Assembly (NCBI GenBank): GCA_964016885.1
Contig: OZ024744.1
Location: forward strand, 10,230,001 to 10,294,000
Reading direction: 5' to 3'
Length of the DNA: 64,000 bases
Origin: Eledone cirrhosa
Taxonomy: Eukaryota
Made by a program: the position numbers and the translations under genes. This document shows positions 56,001 to 64,000 of this stretch, one piece after another; position 1 is the first letter of the stretch; every line of letters starts with the position of its first letter. A model generated the notes under the pieces. The model saw nothing but the letters and a program-made list of their open reading frames with translations. It was not told the DNA's origin and did not search any database.

Positions 56001-56457
56001 TCATGATGTTGTACTCCAATATGTTTTGCTGTTGTACTCCAATATGTTGTGTTGCTGTACTCCAATATGTTGTGTTGTTGTACTCCAATATGTTGTGTTG
56101 TTGTAATCCAATATCTTGTGTTGTTATACTCCAATATGTTGTGTTGTTATACTCCAATATGTTGTGTTGTGATACTCCAATATGTTGTGCTGTTGTACTC
56201 CAATATGTTGAGTTGTTATACTCCAATATGTAGTGTTGTTATACTCCAATATGTTGTGTTGTTGTACTCCAATCTGTTGTGTTATACTCCAATATTTTGT
56301 GTTGTTATACTGCAATATGTTGTGTTGTTATACTCCAATATGTTGTGTTGTTATACTCCAAGATGTTGTGCTGTGATACTCTAATATGTTGTGTTTTTGT
56401 ACTCCAATATGTTGTGTTGTTGTACTCCAATATGTTGTGTTGTTGTAATCCAATATC
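53092..56457 (+). repeat. HOR type B, copy 3 (3,366 bp)
   Basis: B diagnostics at ~55,120; shares the GTTGTTTTGTTGTACTGC variant with B2. Confidence 0.9.
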
Positions 56458-59400
56458 TTGTGCTGTTATACTCCAATATGTTGTGTTGTTGTACTCCAAT
56501 ATGTTGTGTTGTTATACTCCAATATGTTGTGTTGTGATACTCCAAAGTGTTGTGCTGTTGTACTCCAATATGTTGTGTTGTTTTACTCCAATAGGTTGCG
56601 TTGTTGTACTCCAATCTGTTGTGTTGTTATACTCCAATATGTTGTGTTGTTATACTCCAATATGGTGTGTTGTTTTACTCCAATATGTTGTGTTGTTGCA
56701 ATCCAATATGTTTGTGTTGTTTTACTCCAATATGTTGTGTTGTTATACTCAAATATGTTGTGTTGTTGTACTCCAATATGGTGTGTTGTTGTACTCCAAT
56801 ATGTTGTGTTGTTGTACTCCAATATGTTGTGTTGTTATACTCCAATATGTTGTGTTGGTGTACTCCAATATGTTGTGCTGTTGAACTCCAAATCTCGTGT
56901 TGTTATACTCCAATGTGTTGTGTTGTTATACTCCAATATGTTGTGTTGTTGTACTCCAATATGTTGTGTTGTTGTACTCCAATATGTTGTGTTGTTGTAC
57001 TCCAATATGTTGTGTTGTTGTACTCCAATATGTCATGTTATACTCCAATATGTCATGTTGTTTTACTCCAATATGTTGTGTTGTTGCACTCCAATATGTC
57101 GTGTTGTTGTACTCCAATATGTTGTGTTGTTGTACTGCAATATGTTGTGTTGTTATACTCCAATATGCTGTGCTGTTGTACTCCAATATGTTGTGTTGTA
57201 CTCCAATATGTTGTGTTGTTGTACTCCAATATATCATGTTGTCGTACTCCAATATGTCATGTTATACTCCAATATGTCGTTGTTATACTCCAATATGTCA
57301 TGTTGCTGTACTCCAATATGTCGTGTTGTTGTACTCCAATATGTTTTGATGTTGTACTCCAATATGTTGTGTTGTTGTACTCCAATATGTTGTGTTGTTA
57401 TACTCCAATATGTTGTGCTGTTGTACTCCAATATGTCAGGTTGTTGTACTCCGATATTTCGTGTTGTTCTACTCCAATATTTCATGTTGTTTTACTCCAA
57501 TATGTCGTGGTGTTGTACTCCAATATGTTTTGATGTTGTACTCCAATATGTCGTGTTGTTGTACTCCAATATGTTGTGTTGTTCAACTCCAAAATGCTGT
57601 GTTGTTATACTCCTATATGTTGTGTTGTTGTACTCCAATATGTTGTGTTGTACTCCAATATGTTGTGTTGTTATACTCCACAATGTTGTGTTGTTGTACT
57701 CCAATAGGTTGTGTTGTTGTACTCCAATATCTCGTGTTGTTGTACTCCAATATGTAATGGTGTTCTACTTCAATATGTCGTATTGTTGTACTCCAATATG
57801 TTGTATTGTTGTTCTCCAATATGTCGTGTTGTTATACTCCAATATGTTATGATGTTGTACTCCAATATATTGTGTTGTTGTACTCCAATATGTTGTGTTG
57901 TTGTATTCAATACGCTGTGTTGTTGTACTCCAATATGTTGTGTTGTTGTACTCCAATATGTAGTTGTACTCCAATATGTTGTGTTGTTGTACTCCAATAT
58001 GTTGTGTTGTTATACTCCAATATGTATTGTTGTTGTAATCCAATATGTTGTGTTGTACTCCAATATATAATGTTGTTGTACTCCAATATGTTGTGTTGTT
58101 GTACTCCGATATGTTGTGCTGTTGTACTCCAATATGTTGTGTTATTGTACTCCAATATGTTGTGTTGTTGTACTCCAATACGTTATGTTGTTGTACTCCA
58201 ATATTTAGTGCTGTTATACTCCAATATGTTGTGTTGTTATACTCCAAAAAGTTGTGTTGTTTTACTCCAATATGTTGTGTTGTTATACTCCAGTATGTTG
58301 TGTTGTTGTACTCCAATATGTTGTGCTGTTGTACTCCAATATGTCAGGTTGTTGTACTCCGATATTTCGTGTTGTTCTACTCCAATATTTCGTGTTGTTT
58401 TACTCCAATATGTCGTGGTGTTGTACTCCAATATGTTTTGATGTTGTACTCCAATATGTCGTGTTGTTGTACTCCAATATGTTGTGTTGTTGAACTCCAA
58501 TATGCTGTGTTGTTATACTCCTAAATGTTGTGTTGTTGTACTCCAATATGTTGTGTTGTACTCCAATATGTTGTGTTGTTACACTCCACAATGTTGTGTT
58601 GTTGTACTCCAAAATGTGATGTTGCTGTACTCCAATATGTCGTATTGTTGTACTCCAATATGTTGTGTTGTTATACTCCAATATTTCGTGTTGTTTTACT
58701 CCAATGTCATGTTGTTGTACTCCAATATTTCGTGTTGTTGTACTCTAATATGTCATGTTGTTGTACTCCAATATTTCGTGTTGTTGTACTCCAATATGTC
58801 ATGGTGTTGTACTTCAATATGTCGTATTGTTGTACTCCAGTATGTTATGATGTTGTACTCCAATATATTGTGTTGTTGTACTCCAATATGTTGTGTTGTT
58901 ATACTCCAATATGTTGTGTTATTTTACTCCAATATGTTGTGTTGTTGTACTCCAATATGTTGTGTTGTTGTACTCCAATATGTTGTGTTGTTGTAATCCA
59001 ATATCTTGTGTTGTTGTACTCCAATATGTTGTGTTGTTGTTCTCCAATATGTTGTGTTGTTATACTCCAATATGTTGTGTTGTGATACTCCAATATGTTG
59101 TGCTGTTGTACTCCAATATGTGTTGTTGTTGTACTCCAATATGTTGCGTTGCTGTACTCCAATATATCATGTTGTCGTACTCCAATATGTCATGTTATAC
59201 TCCAATATGTTTTGATGCTGTACTCCAATATGTCGTGTTGTTGTACTACAATATCTTGTGTTGTTGTACTCCAATATGTTGTTTTTTGTACTCCAATATG
59301 TCATGTTGTTGTACTCCAGTATGTCTTGTTATACTCCAATATGTCGTGCTGCTGTACTCCAATATGTCATGATGTTGTACTCCAATATGTTTTGCTGTTG

Positions 59401-61514
59401 TACTCCAATATGTTGTGTTGCTGTACTCCAATATGTTGTGTTGTTGTACTCCAATATGTTGTGTTGTTGTAATCCAATATCTTGTGTTGTTATACTCCAA
59501 TATGTTGTGTTGTTATACTCCAATATGTTGTGTTGTGATACTCCAATATGTTGTGCTGTTGTACTCCAATATGTTGAGTTGTTATACTCCAATATGTAGT
59601 GTTGTTATACTCCAATATGTTGTGTTGTTGTACTCCAATCTGTTGTGTTATACTCCAATATTTTGTGTTGTTATACTGCAATATGTTGTGTTGTTATACT
59701 CCAATATGTTGTGTTGTTATACTCCAAGATGTTGTGCTGTGATACTCTAATATGTTGTGTTTTTGTACTCCAATATGTTGTGTTGTACTCCAATATGTTG
59801 TGTTGTTATACTCCAATATGCTGTGCTGTTGTACTCCAATATGTTGTGTTGTACTCCAATATGTTGTGTTGTTGTACTCCAATATATCATGTTGTCGTAC
59901 TCCAATATGTCATGTTATACTCCAATATGTCGTTGTTATACTCCAATATGTCATGTTGCTGTACTCCAATATGTCGTGTTGTTGTACTCCAATATGTTTT
60001 GATGTTGTACTCCAATATGTTGTGTTGTTGTACTCCAATATGTTGTGTTGTTATACTCCAATATGTTGTGCTGTTGTACTCCAATATGTCAGGTTGTTGT
60101 ACTCCGATATTTCGTGTTGTTCTACTCCAATATTTCATGTTGTTTTACTCCAATATGTCGTGGTGTTGTACTCCAATATGTTTTGATGTTGTACTCCAAT
60201 ATGTCGTGTTGTTGTACTCCAATATGTTGTGTTGTTGAACTCCAATATGCTGTGTTGTTATACTCCTATATGTTGTGTTGTTGTACTCCAATATGTTGTG
60301 TTGTACTCCAATATGTTGTGTTGTACTCCAATATGTTGTGTTGTTATACTCCACAATGTTGTGTTGTTGTACTCCAATAGGTTATGTTGTTGTACTCCAA
60401 TATGTGATGTTGTTGTACTCCAATATGTTGTGTTGCTGTACTCCAATATGTTGTGTTGTTGTTCTCCAATATGTCGTGTTGTTATACTCCAATATGTTGT
60501 GTTATGATACTCCAATATGTTGTGCTGTTGTACTCCAATATGTTGTGTTGTTGTACTCCAATATGTTGTGTTGTTATACTCCAATATGTTGTGTTGTTAT
60601 ACTCCAATATGTAGTGTTGTTATACTCCAATATGTTGTGTTGTTGTACTCCAATCTGTTGTGCTGCTGTACTCCAATATATTGTGTTATACTCCAATATG
60701 TTGTGTTGTTGTACTCCAATATGTTGTGTTGTTGTAATCCAAAATGTTGTGTTGTTATACTCCAATATGTTGTGTTGTAATACTCCAATATGTTGTGCTC
60801 CAATATGTTGTGTTATACTCCAATGTGTTGTGTTCTTGTACTCCAATATGAAGTGTTGTAATACTCCAATATGTAGTGCTGTTGTTATACTCCAATATGT
60901 TGTGTTATAATCCAATGTGTTGTGTTGTTGTACTCCAATCTGTTGTGTTGTTATACTCCAATCTGTTGTGTTGTTATACTGCAATATGTTGTGTTGTTAT
61001 ACTCCAATATGTTGTGTTGTTATACTCCAAGATGTTGTGCTGTGATACTCTAATATGTTGTGTTTTTGTACTCCAATATGTTGTGTTGTTGTACTCCAAT
61101 ATGCTGTGTTGTTGTAATCCAATATCTTGTGCTGTTATACTCCAATATGTTGTGTTGTTGTACTCCAATATGTTGTGTTGTTATACTCCAATATGTTGTG
61201 TTGTTATACTCCAATATGGTGTGTTGTTTTACTCCAATATGTTGCGTTGTTGTACTCCAATCTGTTGTGTTGTTATACTCCAATATGTTGTGTTATAATC
61301 CAATGTGTTGTGTTGTTGTACTCCAATCTGTTGTGTTGTTATACTCCAATCTGTTGTGTTGTTATACTGCAATATGTTGTGTTGTTATACTCCAATATGT
61401 TGTGTTGTTATACTCCAAGATGTTGTGCTGTGATACTCTAATATGTTGTGTTTTTGTACTCCAATATGTTGTGTTGTTGTACTCCAATATGCTGTGTTGT
61501 TGTAATCCAATATC
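56458..61514 (+). repeat. HOR type C, copy 3 (5,057 bp = 4,649 + 20 + 388)
   Basis: Extra 20-bp monomer at ~60,300 and a 388-bp complex duplication near 60,905-61,295. Confidence 0.9.
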
Positions 61515-64000
61515 TTGTGCTGTTATACTCCAATATGTTGTGTTGTTGTACTCCAATATGTTGTGTTGTTATACTCCAATATGTTGTGTTGTGATACTCC
61601 AAAGTGTTGTGCTATTGTACTCCAATATGTTGTGTTGTTTTACTCCAATAGGTTGCGTTGTTGTACTCCAATCTGTTGTGTTGTTATACTCCAATATGTT
61701 GTGTTGTTATACTCCAATATGGTGTGTTGTTTTACTCCAATATGTTGTGTTGTTGCAATCCAATATGTTTGTGTTGTTTTACTCCAATATGTTGTGTTGT
61801 TATACTCAAATATGTTGTGTTGTTGTACTCCAATATGGTGTGTTGTTGTACTCCAATATGTTGTGTTGTTGTACTCCAATATGTTGTGTTGTTATACTCC
61901 AATATGTTGTGTTGGTGTACTCCAATATGTTGTGCTGTTGAACTCCAAATCTCGTGTTGTTATACTCCAATGTGTTGTGTTGTTATACTCCAATATGTTG
62001 TGTTGTTGTACTCCAATATGTTGTGTTGTTGTACTCCAATATGTTGTGTTGTTGTACTCCAATATGTTGTGTTGTTGTACTCCAATATGTCATGTTATAC
62101 TCCAATATGTCATGTTGTTTTACTCCAATATGTTGTGTTGTTGCACTCCAATATGTCGTGTTGTTGTACTCCAATATGTTGTGTTGTTGTACTGCAATAT
62201 GTTGTGTTGTTATACTCCAATATGCTGTGCTGTTGTACTCCAATATGTTGTGTTGTACTCCAATATGTTGTGTTGTTGTACTCCAATATATCATGTTGTC
62301 GTACTCCAATATGTCATGTTATACTCCAATATGTCGTTGTTATACTCCAATATGTCATGTTGCTGTACTCCAATATGTCGTGTTGTTGTACTCCAATATG
62401 TTTTGATGTTGTACTCCAATATGTTGTGTTGTTGTACTCCAATATGTTGTGTTGTTATACTCCAATATGTTGTGCTGTTGTACTCCAATATGTCAGGTTG
62501 TTGTACTCCGATATTTCGTGTTGTTCTACTCCAATATTTCATGTTGTTTTACTCCAATATGTCGTGGTGTTGTACTCCAATATGTTTTGATGTTGTACTC
62601 CAATATGTCGTGTTGTTGTACTCCAATATGTTGTGTTGTTCAACTCCAAAATGCTGTGTTGTTATACTCCTATATGTTGTGTTGTTGTACTCCAATATGT
62701 TGTGTTGTACTCCAATATGTTGTGTTGTTATACTCCACAATGTTGTGTTGTTGTACTCCAATAGGTTGTGTTGTTGTACTCCAATATGTGATGTTGTTGT
62801 ACTCCAATATGTCGTATTGTTGTACTCCAATATGTTGTGTTGTTATACTCCAATATTTCGTGTTGTTTTACTCCAATATGTCATGTTGTTGTACTCCAAT
62901 ATCTCGTGTTGTTGTACTCCAATATGTAATGGTGTTCTACTTCAATATGTCGTATTGTTGTACTCCAATATGTTGTATTGTTGTTCTCCAATATGTCGTG
63001 TTGTTATACTCCAATATGTTATGATGTTGTACTCCAATATATTGTGTTGTTGTACTCCAATATGTTGTGTTGTTGTATTCAATACGCTGTGTTGTTGTAC
63101 TCCAATATGTTGTGTTGTTGTACTCCAATATGTAGTTGTACTCCAATATGTTGTGTTGTTGTACTCCAATATGTTGTGTTGTTATACTCCAATATGTATT
63201 GTTGTTGTAATCCAATATGTTGTGTTGTACTCCAATATATAATGTTGTTGTACTCCAATATGTTGTGTTGTTGTACTCCGATATGTTGTGCTGTTGTACT
63301 CCAATATGTTGTGTTATTGTACTCCAATATGTTGTGTTGTTGTACTCCAATACGTTATGTTGTTGTACTCCAATATTTAGTGCTGTTATACTCCAATATG
63401 TTGTGTTGTTATACTCCAAAAAGTTGTGTTGTTTTACTCCAATATGTTGTGTTGTTATACTCCAGTATGTTGTGTTGTTGTACTCCAATATGTTGTGCTG
63501 TTGTACTCCAATATGTCAGGTTGTTGTACTCCGATATTTCGTGTTGTTCTACTCCAATATTTCGTGTTGTTTTACTCCAATATGTCGTGGTGTTGTACTC
63601 CAATATGTTTTGATGTTGTACTCCAATATGTCGTGTTGTTGTACTCCAATATGTTGTGTTGTTGAACTCCAATATGCTGTGTTGTTATACTCCTAAATGT
63701 TGTGTTGTTGTACTCCAATATGTTGTGTTGTACTCCAATATGTTGTGTTGTTACACTCCACAATGTTGTGTTGTTGTACTCCAAAATGTGATGTTGCTGT
63801 ACTCCAATATGTCGTATTGTTGTACTCCAATATGTTGTGTTGTTATACTCCAATATTTCGTGTTGTTTTACTCCAATGTCATGTTGTTGTACTCCAATAT
63901 TTCGTGTTGTTGTACTCTAATATGTCATGTTGTTGTACTCCAATATTTCGTGTTGTTGTACTCCAATATGTCATGGTGTTGTACTTCAATATGTCGTATT
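61515..64000 (+). repeat. HOR type A, copy 4 (partial, cut by the window end)
   Basis: 575-codon ORF form at 61515..63242; 13,187 bp from A3. Confidence 0.9.

Larger units (their letters stand above)
1..64000 (+). repeat. Tandem satellite array of a 23-bp monomer, TACTCCAATATGTTGTGTTGTT(G/A), about 2,800 copies in a single orientation
   Basis: The core ACTCCAATATG recurs every ~23 bp from the first line to the last. I saw no reverse-complement copies (CATATTGGAGT) and no non-repeat sequence. The array runs off both ends of the window. Confidence 0.99.

Noticed and set aside
1-64000. Protein-coding genes (Cys-rich, keratin-associated-like or metallothionein-like ORFs up to 575 aa; Thr/Asn/Gln-rich minus-strand ORFs)
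   Set aside because: ORFs overlap in all six frames with the same peptide, the unit is not a multiple of 3, frame-changing indels and stops are tolerated, and there are no unique termini or recognisable domains.
1-64000. CRISPR array (a 23-bp repeat is within the direct-repeat size range)
   Set aside because: Repeats abut directly with no unique spacers, leader or cas genes.
1-64000. Telomerase-synthesised long telomeric repeat (cf. the 23-25 bp repeats of some budding yeasts)
   Set aside because: I recognise no match to such repeats. Multi-kb HORs with inherited variants indicate DNA-level duplication, not copying from an RNA template. There are also no G-runs to form G-quadruplexes.
1-64000. 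Functional CCAAT-box (NF-Y) promoter elements
   Set aside because: The flanks (CTCCAATAT) fit the NF-Y preference (RRCCAATSR) poorly and there is no gene context. Kept only as a speculative binding motif.
1-64000. Fungal RIP signature (TpG->TpA)
   Set aside because: The G/A variation is concentrated at one monomer position and is faithfully copied between HORs. Most TpG sites are intact.
1-64000. Stable hairpins, terminators or structured RNA genes
   Set aside because: Only a 3-bp dyad (CAA-TATG-TTG) and 4-bp palindromes (GTAC, ATAT) occur per monomer. There are no tRNA or rRNA features and no inverted copies.
1-64000. Sequencing artefact or concatemer
   Set aside because: Nested, heritable variant patterns with lineage structure are not expected from random error. 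Exact HOR copy number and order still need long-read validation.

Overview
The whole 64-kb window is one uninterrupted, head-to-tail satellite DNA array of about 2,800 copies of a 23-bp monomer, consensus TACTCCAATATGTTGTGTTGTT(G/A). The consensus is about 35% GC and strongly T-rich on the + strand. I saw no inversion, unique spacer, transposon or real gene. All ORFs are by-products of a monomer whose G-form has no stop codon in any frame. The interest lies in the hidden hierarchy revealed by rare monomer variants. From about 23.2 kb rightwards there is a 4,764-bp higher-order repeat (HOR, about 210 monomers). It occurs as three structural types (A 4,764 bp; B 3,366 bp; C 4,649 bp plus or minus private indels) in strict ABC-ABC-ABC-A order, giving a 12.3-13.2 kb super-HOR. 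The left ~23 kb holds longer units (10.0, 8.4 and 11.7 kb) with blocks missing on the right. Derived variants accumulate from left to right. Two sites show non-tandem templated insertions or multi-switch junctions, and one monomer position shows a CG/TG/CA pattern suggestive of methyl-CpG decay. The array looks like eukaryotic heterochromatic satellite DNA (centromeric, pericentromeric or subtelomeric), but I cannot determine the organism or function from the sequence.
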